Shown: positions 1 through 11,410, counted from the stretch's first letter. The stretch is DNA of 64,000 nucleotides from Gammaproteobacteria bacterium (GCA_041984235.1 JBHIYN010000008.1:220673-284672), one strand, 5' to 3'. Made by a program: numbers and translations. The notes: generated by a model not told the origin, from the sequence alone.

Positions 1-142
1 TCGTTAACGAATTTGAATTGCGACACCACGCCGCGCGGTGCCGGCGCCGTTCTATGAGAATTACCTCGCAGAAGCAGGCACGGCCGCCTGATAGAAAATG
101 AAGGGGGAGGAGGGGAGTATCGCTATCGCCTGACGGGTGGCC

Positions 143-2539
143 ATGATGACCGAGAGACCAGAGAATCCCGAATCAGAGCGCTCCGCGCACGCGATCGTGC
201 CGGTCGACGACCTGTTCGAACAGCGTCTCACCCAGCGGGTGCTGGAGAAGACGCTGGGTGAATTCAGCGACCAGGAGCGCCGCGTCCTGCTCGAGCAGGT
301 CGACAGCCTCGGTCGCCGGCTCGACTCACTCATCGAGGCCACGCGCAAGGTACGCGAGCCGCTCTCGTTCGACCTCCTGCTGACCCGCCTGATGGCGCTC
401 ATTACCGAGGCCTTCGACGCCGATCGTTCTTCGCTCTTCCTCTACGATGCCGAGACTCACGAGCTGTATTCGCGCATCGCGCAGGGCGACCTGGTCGAGG
501 AGATCCGTTTCGCTGCCGACGCCGGCATCGCCGGTGCGGTGTTTCGCAGCGGCGAACCGGCGCTGATCCACAACGCTTATTCCGACAGCCGCTTCAATTC
601 CGCCATCGACGCCGAGACCGGCTATCACACGCACAACATCCTGTGCGCGCCGCTGCGCGCGCGCAGCGGCGAGATCATCGGTGTCACCGAGGTCCTCAAC
701 AAGCGTCAGGGCGATTTCTCGATGGCCGACTGCGCGTTGCTGCAGGCGTTCACCACGCACACCGCCGGGGTCATCGAGGCGGCCGAGCTCTCCGAGCGGG
801 CGCGCAACTCGCGGCGCGAGGAAGCGCGCATACTGGAGGTAACGCAGGCGGTCTCCTCGGAGCTCAACATCGAGAAGCTGCTGCGCAAGATCATCAGTAT
901 CGCGACCGACCTGCTGGAGGCGGAGCGCAGCACGCTGTTCCTGCACGACGCGACTACCGACGAGCTCTGGTCGCGCGTGGCCGAGGGCATCGCCGAGCGC
1001 GAGATCCGGATTCCGGCCGGTGTCGGCATTGCCGGCGAGTGCTTCACCTCGCGCGAGGCGATCAACATTCCCGACGCCTACGCAGACGCCCGTTTCAACC
1101 CCGAGGTCGACCGCAAGACCGGCTATCGAACCCGCTCTATTCTGTGCGTGCCGGTGGTCAACAAGCACGGCATGCCGATCGGCGTGGTCCAGGTGCTCAA
1201 CCGGCGCGGCGGGCCGTTTCGCCAGCGCGACCAGCGGCGCCTGGAGATGCTCGCCGCGCAGAGCGCGATCGCGCTGGACAATGCGCGCCTGTTCCGCGAG
1301 GTGCTGGACGAGCGCAACTACAGCGAGAACGTCCTGCGCAGCCTGTCCGATGCCGTCATCACGGTCGATACCGCCGGTAACGTTGTCAAGCTCAACGATT
1401 CGGCCTTGCGTATTCTCGGCGTACGTGCTGCCGCTGTCCTCGGCGCTTCGGCCGAGCTGGTGTTCGGACGTGGCAACGGCTGGCTGCTCGACCTCCTCGG
1501 CAAAGTCGTCGCCAGTCACGAAGCGGAGTCGATCATGGACGCGACCCTGCGCACGCGGGCCGGCGAGGACGTTTCGGTCAACGCCACCGCGACTCCGCTG
1601 GCCGACACCGAGGGTGATCCGCTCGGCTGTACCCTGATTATCGAGGACATCACCGAAGAGAAGCGCGTGCGTTCGACCATGGCCCGTTACATGACGGCAG
1701 AGGTCGCCGAGCAGGTGCTGGCCGAGGGCGAGTCGGTGCTGGGCGGCCGCTCCCAGCCGGCCACCATCCTGTTCTCCGACATCCGCGGCTTCACCACCCT
1801 GGCCGAGCAGCTCGGACCGCAGGATACGGTGTCGCTGCTGAACGAATACTTCGGCGAGATGGTCGAGATCGTATTCAGTCACAACGGCATTCTCGACAAG
1901 TACATCGGTGACGCGATCATGGCCGTGTTCGGCACGCCGTTCCCCTCGGAGCAGGATGCCGACAATGCCGTGCTGACCGCGATTCGCATGCAGCAGGCGA
2001 TCGCCGACATGAACGCGCGGCCGGACCGGGGCGCACTGCCGCCGCTGCAGATTCGCATCGGCGTCAACTCCGGCGACGTCGTTGCCGGCAACATCGGCTC
2101 GGCCCGCCGCATGGACTACACGGTCATCGGTGATGGCGTGAACACGGCCTCGCGCCTGGAGTCTGCGAACAAGCAGCTCGGCACGCAAATCCTGATCAGC
2201 GGCTCGACGCGCGAGCTGCTGCGTAACGAGTACCGCCTGCGCGAGCTCGACCGCATCCGCGTCAAGGGACGGCGCGCCCCGCTGCCGGTGTTCGAGGTGC
2301 GTGGCCTCGCGGCCGAGCCCGCGCCGGCGTGGGAGGAGACGCTGCTCGCGACGTTTGCCGCCGGGCTCGCCGCCTACCGTGCGCGCGACTGGGAGTACGC
2401 CATCGGGCGTTTCCGCGCGGTGCTTGCCGCCGATCCTCACGACCATCCGAGCCGGCTGCTGATCGCGCGCGCCAGCGGGTATTGCGAGGCACCGCCGCCG
2501 GCCGACTGGGACGGCGTCTCGGAGCTGGCGGAGAAGTAA
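143..2539 (+). CDS. Class III adenylate cyclase, GAF-GAF-PAS-CHD with TPR-like tail (CyaB1-like architecture)
   Basis: Two GAF repeats (VLNKRQGDF, VLNRRGGPF), a PAS region, and catalytic motifs ILFSDIRGFT, DKYIGDAIM and DYTVIGDGVNTASRLE. The Lys/Thr specificity residues indicate ATP. Start is ambiguous (GTG 137, ATG 143 or 146). Confidence 0.9.
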   Translation: MMTERPENPESERSAHAIVPVDDLFEQRLTQRVLEKTLGEFSDQERRVLLEQVDSLGRRLDSLIEATRKVREPLSFDLLLTRLMALITEAFDADRSSLFLYDAETHELYSRIAQGDLVEEIRFAADAGIAGAVFRSGEPALIHNAYSDSRFNSAIDAETGYHTHNILCAPLRARSGEIIGVTEVLNKRQGDFSMADCALLQAFTTHTAGVIEAAELSERARNSRREEARILEVTQAVSSELNIEKLLRKIISIATDLLEAERSTLFLHDATTDELWSRVAEGIAEREIRIPAGVGIAGECFTSREAINIPDAYADARFNPEVDRKTGYRTRSILCVPVVNKHGMPIGVVQVLNRRGGPFRQRDQRRLEMLAAQSAIALDNARLFREVLDERNYSENVLRSLSDAVITVDTAGNVVKLNDSALRILGVRAAAVLGASAELVFGRGNGWLLDLLGKVVASHEAESIMDATLRTRAGEDVSVNATATPLADTEGDPLGCTLIIEDITEEKRVRSTMARYMTAEVAEQVLAEGESVLGGRSQPATILFSDIRGFTTLAEQLGPQDTVSLLNEYFGEMVEIVFSHNGILDKYIGDAIMAVFGTPFPSEQDADNAVLTAIRMQQAIADMNARPDRGALPPLQIRIGVNSGDVVAGNIGSARRMDYTVIGDGVNTASRLESANKQLGTQILISGSTRELLRNEYRLRELDRIRVKGRRAPLPVFEVRGLAAEPAPAWEETLLATFAAGLAAYRARDWEYAIGRFRAVLAADPHDHPSRLLIARASGYCEAPPPADWDGVSELAEK

Positions 2540-2542
2540 GCC

Positions 2543-4228
<1,686 letters not shown>

Positions 4229-4285
4229 GACTCTCGCTGGCGTTCAGGGCAAAGTGGCGACGGTCGGGGCCGCCCGGGCGGCGCA

Positions 4286-4291
4286 ATTATA
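4286..4291 (-). promoter_or_regulatory. Putative sigma70 -10 (TATAAT) for glnS
   Basis: attata on the + strand reads TATAAT on the - strand, ~60 bp upstream of glnS in GC-rich DNA. Confidence 0.45.
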
Positions 4292-4372
4292 GGGCCTGGG
4301 GGCAGGTTGCCCGCGCCGCCCATTCGACCTCCGGTGCGGTGGCGCCGGGACAGATCCGCACGCACGGCCCGA

Positions 4373-4392
4373 TGGTACAATCAATTGATTGT
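4373..4392 (+). promoter_or_regulatory. Extended -10 (TGgTACAAT) overlapped by the perfect 16-bp palindrome ACAATCAATTGATTGT (candidate operator)
   Basis: Read directly: extended -10 at 4373-4381 and palindrome at 4377-4392, upstream of the 4549 gene. Confidence 0.6.
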
Positions 4393-4548
4393 GCAATGGA
4401 CAGGTAACGAGCCGGGCCATGATGGACGCGGCGCCGTCTGCCGCGCGGCTGGTCGCTGCGCCAGGATGGCATCGTACGAGGCGCGGCGCTTACCCGCATC
4501 GGGGCGGTCAAACATGGCGGACTCGCGCGCAGCGAGCAGTAACAGCCG

Positions 4549-7500
4549 ATGAGTTCGGGGCAGGGGCAGTCGGGCGGCGCCGAGCAGCGCCGCTATGTGC
4601 GCGTGCCGCTCAACCTCGACGGCCTGCTGGCGATCGGGTCGCGGCCGCCGGTACCGTGCACGGTGCGCGATTTCTGTGCCGGCGGCATGTTTATCAGCGC
4701 CGATCCGGCGCACTACGCCAGTGCCGAGGCGCAAACCCCGGCGGTGCTCTACTTCGCGCTGTTCGTCGGCGGAGAGAAACACGACTACCAGATCTCGCTG
4801 GCCATCGCGCGGGTGGTGGCCAAGGGCATCGGCGTCTCCTTCGTCGACCCCGACCAGCAGACGCTGGACCTCCTCGGCCAGCTCGCGGCGCCGGCTGCCC
4901 CGCCCGAAAGTGCTGGCACCGAGGCGCCTGGCGGGCCCGCTGACGATTTCGCCGCCCGACACGCCGAGGTCGCGGGACCGCTCAAGGCCCTGATTGCCGA
5001 GGAGGTGCGCAAGCTCGTCGAGCGCTTCATCGAGCGCGTCGACGAACAGCTCTTCCTCGCCGCACGCGACGCCGGCAACAACGTCGACGAGACACGCTTT
5101 CTCGACGGCCAGCGCGAAATGCGCGGGCGCCAGGAGCGCATCCGCGGCGAGGTGCCGGCCAATCTCGAACGCGGCGTGGAAACCCTGCGCAACCCGTTCG
5201 CCGATCAGGACAAGGACGCCTCCTCGCTCGGCATGTCCGATCTCTCGCTGATCGAGAAAGACGAGTTCGAGGATTTTCTGGCGGTCTCCGAGATGGTCTC
5301 GGAGCTGGAGCCGGAGTTCAGCGGGCCGCTGCTCGCGCTGCGCCACCGCTTGTCGTTTCTCGCCAACCGCGAGCTGGACGCCACCAACCTGCCGATCGGA
5401 CCGAACGTGCTGTGCACGGCGTTCTCGGAGTGCATCAAGGGGCTGCAATCGGATCGACCGGTCGTGGCGCGTGTGTACCGCGTGCTGCACGAGACCATGT
5501 CACGCCATCTCGACGGCTTCTACGAGCGCGTCAACGCGTTGCTCGTCGAGCACGGCATCGTGCCGGTCATCGACCCCGAGAAGCCGGTGTTCCGCAAGTC
5601 GCCGGCCGCGAGTGGTGGCTTCGACGCCGAGGCGTCGCCGCCGCCAGTGGCCGAAGAGGACGACCTGACCGACCTGATGCCGGGTCCCGAAGGCTACGAC
5701 ACGAACGCGCAGGCGCCGGCCGGCGGCGGGCCCGCGACCCCGACACCCCGCGCGGCGGGCGGGGTCCAGGCGGCGCCTCCGAACGTGCCGGCTGGCGTGC
5801 AGGCGGCGCCTCCGAACGTGCCGGCCGGCGTGCAGGCGGCGCCTCCGGGCGTAGCGGGCGGGGTGCAGGCGGCGCCACCGCGCGTACCGGGCGGCGTGCA
5901 GGCGGCGCCTCCGAGCGTACCGGGCGGGGTGCAGGCGGCGCCTCCGAACGTACCGGCCGGCGTGCAGGCGGCGCCTCCGGGTGTACCGGGCGGCGTGCAG
6001 GCGGCGCCACCGGGCGTACCGGGCGGCGTGCAGGCGGCCCCCCCGGGCGTAGCGGGCGGTGTACAGGCGGCACCGCCGGGTGTGCCGGGCGGCATACAGG
6101 CCGCACCGCCTTCGGTGCCCGGGTCGCCCGCGCTGGAGCCGCTGGAAGGCACGCAGCCGGGTGCGGACGGAGTGGTCGGCGCAGCGACGCCGGGCGGCGT
6201 GGTCGGTGGCGGCTGGGCGGCGCCCCCCGCGCAGTACGCGGCGCCGACCATGCAGCGCGCCTATTCCGCGGCCCAGACCCAGCTCGCGCTGCGCCGCGAG
6301 TTGTTGCCGGAAGGTGCCGGCACGCTGTCCGACACGGTGCGCCAGCGCGGCGCCTATTCCACCACCCAGATCGCCCAGGGGCTGTACGCCCTGCAGCAGG
6401 ACTACGCCGTTCAGGACAGCGGCGACCTGCTGGATGCCGAAGGCGTCAAGGATCGCATCACGCGCGCGCTGATCGAGGACGGTGCACCCGAGAAAACCGT
6501 CGAGGGCGAGGCGGTCGACGCCATCGAGGTCGTCGCCAACCTGTTCAACGCCCTGCTCAGGGATGCGATGCTCGCACGTAACGCGCAATCCCACCTGACC
6601 CGTCTGCAGCCCGCGGTACACCGCGCCGCACTGCTCGATCCCGAATTCTTCGAGTCCACCGATCATCCCGTGCGCCAGGTCATCAACCGCGTGTCGCGCG
6701 TACGCGACGGTGACAGCGAAGGGCAGCAGCAGCGCAACCAGCAGGTCCGTGAACTGGTATCGCGGGCCAACCGCGAGTTTCGCGACGACCTGTCGGTGTT
6801 CGACGACGTGCTCGCCGAGCTCGATGGCGTCATCGAGGCGCAGGAAGGCGAGTACCGGGCCAAGGTCGCCGACGTCGTGCAGTCGTGCGAAGAGCAGCAG
6901 CAGATCCTCGAGTCGCGCCGTGGCCACTCGCTGGAAGAAACCGATGGCGCCGGTGGCTCCGACCTGCCCGAGGAGTGGAACAAGTGGCTGGAACGGTCGC
7001 GCAAGCTCGAAGTCGGCCAGCGCGTGATGATGAACGCCAATTCACCGCGCGCCGCGGTCGCCACCCTGGTATGGAAGGAGGCACGCAACAACCTGTTCGT
7101 GTTCGTCGACGAGCAGGGCAACAAGTCGAGCACGCTCACGCTGCAACAGGTAGCGATGTACCTGCGTCGCGGCATCCTGCGCATTCTCGATCGCAGCGAG
7201 GAATCGCCGGCGCTGGAGCGCGCCATGGTGGGCGTGGTGGAGCGTCTGCATACCCAGGTCGAGGAGCACGCGACCCGCGACCCGCTGACCGGATTCCTGT
7301 TGCGCAAGTTCTTCGTCGATGCCATCGATGCCGCGCAGCCGGACACCGAGACGCAGGCAGCGCGCAACGCCGCCGTCTGTGAGATCGCCATCGAGAACCT
7401 GGCGGCCGTCGCGCAGGAGCATGGCGAAGCCGCGGGCGAAGCGCTCCGGCGGGCGCTGGCCGAGGAGTTGAAACAGGCGGTGCGGGGCCGCGACATCGTG

Positions 7501-8607
7501 TTCGGCGTACTCGCGGACAACCTGCTCGGCATCTACTGGCCGACCGGAGGAATCCAGGGCGCCTACAAGAAGATGCAGGCGACGCTGGAAGCGCTGCAGG
7601 GCTTGTCGATCAAGGTCGAGGCGGACGGCAGCATCGATGCCGACGCGACCGACATCACCGGCGAGGCGACCGACGCGCAGACCCTGGTACGCCCGTTCAA
7701 GCCGGTGCTGGTGGCCGGCATCAGCGGGGGTGACGACGGCCTGGTGCAGGCCGAGGGCCTGCTCGCCGCGGCACACGAGGCGTGCGAGACCGCGCGCGAA
7801 ATGGGGCCGGGCTCGATCTACGTCGCCGGCGGCGAGAACGAGCAGCGTCGCCAGCTCGAGCAACTGGTGGCCTGGGCCAACGGCGCGCTGGAGCGTGGCG
7901 ATCTGAGTCTGCACGGCCAGTTCGTCAGCAGCCTGTCCGACGCCGAGCTGCCGCCCTCGGTGTACGTGGCGGTCGGTACCGTCGACCGCGGCGGCAAGCC
8001 GATTCCGGCCCAGGTGTTCGCGCCGGCGGTGGCGCGCTGCGAAATGGCGGCCGAGATCGACCTATGGACGTTCCGTCGCACGCTGGCCTGGATGCTCGCC
8101 CATGAAGACGAGCTCGAGCAGTACGCACTCGTGGTCGTGCCGCTGTCGTCGGCATCGATGCGCAACGAGGACCTGCCGCACCTGATCATGAGCGAGTTCA
8201 TGGAAACACCGGTGCCGCCCGGACGCATCTGTTTCGCGATTCCCGACCACGACGTGGTCGAGAACGTGGTCGAGGCCGGGGAGCTGATCAGCACGCTCAA
8301 GGAGTTCGGCTGCCGATTCGTGCTCGACGAGTTCGGCAGCGGGCACGAGAACTACGACTACATCAAGAGCCTGGATGTCGATTTCGTCACCGTCAAGACG
8401 AGCTTCATCACCGACGCCAGCAGTGACGCCAAGGATTTCGCCATGGCCAAGTCGATCAACGAGCTCGTTCACTTCATGGGCAAGAAGACGATCGCGCGCC
8501 AGGCGCCGGGCGGTGATCTGCGCGAGGTCATGACGCGGATCGGTATCGACTTCCTGCACGATCAGACCGATCATGTGACCCTCACCCAGGGAGAGTCCGG
8601 GGCATGA
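4549..8607 (+). CDS. PilZ + DUF1631-like + low-complexity repeat + degenerate GGDEF + degenerate EAL protein (putative c-di-GMP receptor)
   Basis: N-terminal RRYVR...DFCAGG PilZ motifs and an LSLIEKDEFEDFLAV DUF1631-like segment. ATRDPLTG opens a GGDEF domain that lacks GG(D/E)EF. FVLDEFGSG...LDVDFV marks an EAL fold that lacks the ExL motif. Confidence 0.8.
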   Translation: MSSGQGQSGGAEQRRYVRVPLNLDGLLAIGSRPPVPCTVRDFCAGGMFISADPAHYASAEAQTPAVLYFALFVGGEKHDYQISLAIARVVAKGIGVSFVDPDQQTLDLLGQLAAPAAPPESAGTEAPGGPADDFAARHAEVAGPLKALIAEEVRKLVERFIERVDEQLFLAARDAGNNVDETRFLDGQREMRGRQERIRGEVPANLERGVETLRNPFADQDKDASSLGMSDLSLIEKDEFEDFLAVSEMVSELEPEFSGPLLALRHRLSFLANRELDATNLPIGPNVLCTAFSECIKGLQSDRPVVARVYRVLHETMSRHLDGFYERVNALLVEHGIVPVIDPEKPVFRKSPAASGGFDAEASPPPVAEEDDLTDLMPGPEGYDTNAQAPAGGGPATPTPRAAGGVQAAPPNVPAGVQAAPPNVPAGVQAAPPGVAGGVQAAPPRVPGGVQAAPPSVPGGVQAAPPNVPAGVQAAPPGVPGGVQAAPPGVPGGVQAAPPGVAGGVQAAPPGVPGGIQAAPPSVPGSPALEPLEGTQPGADGVVGAATPGGVVGGGWAAPPAQYAAPTMQRAYSAAQTQLALRRELLPEGAGTLSDTVRQRGAYSTTQIAQGLYALQQDYAVQDSGDLLDAEGVKDRITRALIEDGAPEKTVEGEAVDAIEVVANLFNALLRDAMLARNAQSHLTRLQPAVHRAALLDPEFFESTDHPVRQVINRVSRVRDGDSEGQQQRNQQVRELVSRANREFRDDLSVFDDVLAELDGVIEAQEGEYRAKVADVVQSCEEQQQILESRRGHSLEETDGAGGSDLPEEWNKWLERSRKLEVGQRVMMNANSPRAAVATLVWKEARNNLFVFVDEQGNKSSTLTLQQVAMYLRRGILRILDRSEESPALERAMVGVVERLHTQVEEHATRDPLTGFLLRKFFVDAIDAAQPDTETQAARNAAVCEIAIENLAAVAQEHGEAAGEALRRALAEELKQAVRGRDIVFGVLADNLLGIYWPTGGIQGAYKKMQATLEALQGLSIKVEADGSIDADATDITGEATDAQTLVRPFKPVLVAGISGGDDGLVQAEGLLAAAHEACETAREMGPGSIYVAGGENEQRRQLEQLVAWANGALERGDLSLHGQFVSSLSDAELPPSVYVAVGTVDRGGKPIPAQVFAPAVARCEMAAEIDLWTFRRTLAWMLAHEDELEQYALVVVPLSSASMRNEDLPHLIMSEFMETPVPPGRICFAIPDHDVVENVVEAGELISTLKEFGCRFVLDEFGSGHENYDYIKSLDVDFVTVKTSFITDASSDAKDFAMAKSINELVHFMGKKTIARQAPGGDLREVMTRIGIDFLHDQTDHVTLTQGESGA
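5761..6123 (+). repeat. In-frame tandem repeat, 11 x 33 bp, encoding G(V/I)QAAPPxV(P/A)(G/A)
   Basis: Units begin at 5761, 5794 ... 6091, with synonymous variation between copies. Confidence 0.95.
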
Positions 8608-9893
8608 TGGATCACAAGCCGGAGAAGGTCGGCAAGTACGACATCGTCGACGTGCTCGGCAAGGGGTCGATGGGCGTCGTCTACAAGGGTCACGACGCCT
8701 ACGTGGATCGCCCGGTGGCGATCAAGGTCGCGACCAACGCCGACGCCGACGACGATGGCGAGAACATGGCCAAGCGCATGTTCGTCAACGAGGCGCGTTC
8801 GGCCGGTCGACTCGATCACCCCAACATCCTCAAGGTCTACGAGGCCGGCGAGGACCAGGGCATGCCCTACATGGTGATGGAGTACATCGAGGGCGGCGAC
8901 ACCCTGCGCTCCTACTGCAAGCCGGACAACCTGCTGCCGGTGAAACAGGTCGTGCAGCTCATCCGGCAGTCCGCGGACGCGCTCGATTACGCGCATGCCA
9001 AGGGCGTTCTGCACCGCGACATCAAGCCGGCCAACATCATGCTGACCGAGAGCGGCGTGGCCAAGCTGGGCGACTTCGGCATCGCGCGCCGCATGGGCGT
9101 CGACCAGACGCAGATCGTCGGCTGGTTCGGCTCGCCCCTGTACATGTCGCCGGAACAGGCGCAGGACAAGGACCTCACCCCGCAGTCCGATCTCTTCTCC
9201 CTGGGATCGGTGTTCTACGAGATGCTCGCCGGCCAGCCGCCGTTCGTGGCCAAGGGGCTGTCCAGCCTGATTCAGAAAGTGGTCAACGACGAGCCGCAGC
9301 CGTTACCGGAGGTGCGCGAGGAGATCGCCGAGCCGGTGTGGCGCGTGGTCAGGAAGATGCTGACCAAGGATCTCGCCGGGCGCTACAAGACCGGTGCGGA
9401 GATCGTCGAGGATCTCGACAAGCTGATCGAGCTGCTCGACCGCTCGCCGGTGATGCTCACCGACGAGCAGAAGATCGAGAAAATGAAGGAGATGAAGTTC
9501 TTCGCCCCGTTCTCGAAGAACGAGCTGAAGGAAATCGCCAAGGTCTCGACCTGGCGTGACTATTCCGGCGGCGAGACGGTGTTCGACGAGGGCGCCAAGG
9601 AGCGCGCCTTCTACGTGCTGGCCGAGGGCTCGATCGCGGTGACCATCAACGGCACGCGGATCCGCGACCTCGAGGCCGGCGAATGCTTCGGCGAGATGGA
9701 ATACCTGTCGAACACGGGGCGCACCGCGCGCGTGCTGGCCAACCGTGATTCCACCGTGGTCAAGGTCGAGCACGATTTCAAGGAATGGGCGTCACTGCCG
9801 ACGCAGGTGCGCCTGAACCGGGTCTTCCAGGAAGTGCTGATCGAACGCCTGCAGACGACCAGCAAGGCGCTGGCCAGAGCGCTGGCCAACTAA
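8604..9893 (+). CDS. Hanks-type Ser/Thr protein kinase with C-terminal cyclic-nucleotide-binding domain
   Basis: GKGSMGVVY, VAIK, HRDIKPAN, DFG and YMSPE. C-terminal FGEMEYL...RTA phosphate-binding cassette. ATGA overlap with the upstream gene. Confidence 0.92.
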   Translation: MMDHKPEKVGKYDIVDVLGKGSMGVVYKGHDAYVDRPVAIKVATNADADDDGENMAKRMFVNEARSAGRLDHPNILKVYEAGEDQGMPYMVMEYIEGGDTLRSYCKPDNLLPVKQVVQLIRQSADALDYAHAKGVLHRDIKPANIMLTESGVAKLGDFGIARRMGVDQTQIVGWFGSPLYMSPEQAQDKDLTPQSDLFSLGSVFYEMLAGQPPFVAKGLSSLIQKVVNDEPQPLPEVREEIAEPVWRVVRKMLTKDLAGRYKTGAEIVEDLDKLIELLDRSPVMLTDEQKIEKMKEMKFFAPFSKNELKEIAKVSTWRDYSGGETVFDEGAKERAFYVLAEGSIAVTINGTRIRDLEAGECFGEMEYLSNTGRTARVLANRDSTVVKVEHDFKEWASLPTQVRLNRVFQEVLIERLQTTSKALARALAN

Positions 9894-9900
9894 ACGCGTT

Positions 9901-9920
9901 GGGTCCCGGGGCGGACCCTT
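9901..9920 (+). terminator. Possible hairpin between the convergent kinase and dgkA genes
   Basis: gggtcc-N6-ggaccc followed only by tt, so the U-tract is weak. Confidence 0.3.
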
Positions 9921-9984
9921 AAGCCGCAGGTCTGACCGCAGGAAGCGCCGCAACGCCGCACACGGCCTCCGCAGTAGTCCTGCG

Positions 9985-10356
9985 TCAGCCTGAGAAGTGC
10001 AGCCAGGCTATGGCGCCCCACACCAGCGCCACCAGCACCAGTGCCAGCAGCACCGCCGCCGAGGCGAGGTCCTTGGCACGGCCGGACAGCTCGTGCAGCT
10101 CGACGCCGACCCGATCGGTGAGCGCCTCGATGGCGGAATTGAACAGCTCCGTCACCAGCAGCAGCAGCAACACGCCGTTGAGCAGGGCGAAGTCAAGCAG
10201 GTCACGCGCGATCCAGAAGCTGGCCGGCACCAGCGCGGCCGACAGCAGCACTTCCTGGCGGAAGGCTGCCTCGTGCCGCCAGGCGGCGGCAAAGCCTTTC
10301 ATGGAGTAACCGAAGGCCTTGATCAGGCGTTCGATGCCGCGCGCCGAGTTGGCCAT
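9985..10356 (-). CDS. dgkA: Diacylglycerol kinase (integral membrane)
   Basis: RLIKAFGYSMKG..AAWRHEAAFRQE, ELFNSAIEALTD and SGRAKDLASAAV. Start reassigned to ATG 10356 (123 aa). Confidence 0.95.
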   Translation of the reverse strand: MANSARGIERLIKAFGYSMKGFAAAWRHEAAFRQEVLLSAALVPASFWIARDLLDFALLNGVLLLLLVTELFNSAIEALTDRVGVELHELSGRAKDLASAAVLLALVLVALVWGAIAWLHFSG

Positions 10357-10381
10357 GATTGCGTGTGACGGCCCGTTGCGC

Positions 10382-11410
10382 TCACAGGTTGGCGATGACG
10401 GCGTCGGCGAACGCGCGCGTACCCAGGGGCCCACCCAGGTCGCCGGTACGCGTGGCCCGGGTCTGCAGGGTCTGCAGCAAGGCACCGCGCATGCGGCCGC
10501 CCATTTCGAACAGACCGCAATGTTCCAGCATCATGGCCGCGGACAGCATCAGCGCGGTCGGGTTGGCCTTGTCCTGCCCGGCGATGTCCGGCGCCGAGCC
10601 ATGCACGGCTTCGAAGATGGCCGCGTCCTTGCCGATATTGGCGCCCGGAGCGAGCCCGAGCCCGCCGATCAGGCCGGCGATCTCGTCGGAGAGGATGTCG
10701 CCGAACATGTTGGTGGTCAGGATCATGTCGAACTGGGCCGGGTTGAGCACGAGCTGCATGGCGCAGTTGTCGACGATGCGGTCCTCCAGCTCGACCTGCC
10801 CGGCATAGGCGCGGCCGACGTCCTGCACGGTTTCCAGGAACAGGCCGGTGAGGTTCTTCAGGATGTTCGCCTTGTGCACCACGGTGACCTTGCGCCGCTG
10901 GTGCCGGACCGCGTACTCGAAGGTGAACTCGGCGATGCGACGGCAGTTCTCGCGGGTCAGGATACCGGTGGCCTCGGCGACGGCGTGCGGGTCGTCGCCG
11001 ATCGGGATGAAGTGCTCGACGCCGACATAGAAGCCGCCGGTGTTCTCCCGGACCAGCACGAGGTCGACGTCGGGGAACTTGCCGTCGGGTACGACCGAGC
11101 GCCCGGGGCGGACGTTGGCGTAGAGCTGGAAAGCCTCGCGCAGGCGTACGTTGACCGAGCGATAGCCGGAGCCGACCGGGGTGGTGAGCGGCCCCTTGAG
11201 GGCGAGCCGGGTCTGGCGGATGTCCTCGAGCGCGGCCTCGGGCAGGGGATCCGCGCCGCGTTCGGCGGCGGTGGCACCGGCGATCTGCTCGCGCCAGTCG
11301 AAAGGTGCGCCGACGGCGTCGAGCACGGCCAGGGTGGCGGCGGTGATCTCCGGGCCAATGCCGTCGCCCGGGAACAGTGTGCAGGGAATGCGGTTCGGCG
11401 TCGTAGTCAT
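10382..11410 (-). CDS. Isocitrate/isopropylmalate dehydrogenase family, likely NAD-dependent isocitrate dehydrogenase
   Basis: [26 protein letters not shown] (isocitrate-type loop), [17 protein letters not shown] and [13 protein letters not shown]. Confidence 0.85.
   Translation of the reverse strand: MTTTPNRIPCTLFPGDGIGPEITAATLAVLDAVGAPFDWREQIAGATAAERGADPLPEAALEDIRQTRLALKGPLTTPVGSGYRSVNVRLREAFQLYANVRPGRSVVPDGKFPDVDLVLVRENTGGFYVGVEHFIPIGDDPHAVAEATGILTRENCRRIAEFTFEYAVRHQRRKVTVVHKANILKNLTGLFLETVQDVGRAYAGQVELEDRIVDNCAMQLVLNPAQFDMILTTNMFGDILSDEIAGLIGGLGLAPGANIGKDAAIFEAVHGSAPDIAGQDKANPTALMLSAAMMLEHCGLFEMGGRMRGALLQTLQTRATRTGDLGGPLGTRAFADAVIANL

Noticed and set aside
1-10. Palindrome TCGTTAACGA at the window start (and the GC palindrome at 4269-4282)
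   Set aside because: The first is short and cut by the window edge; the second is all-GC and likely chance in this composition.
5761-6123. 33-bp periodic repeat as a CRISPR array
   Set aside because: The units are contiguous with no unique spacers, lie in frame within a CDS, vary mainly at synonymous sites, and no cas genes are present.
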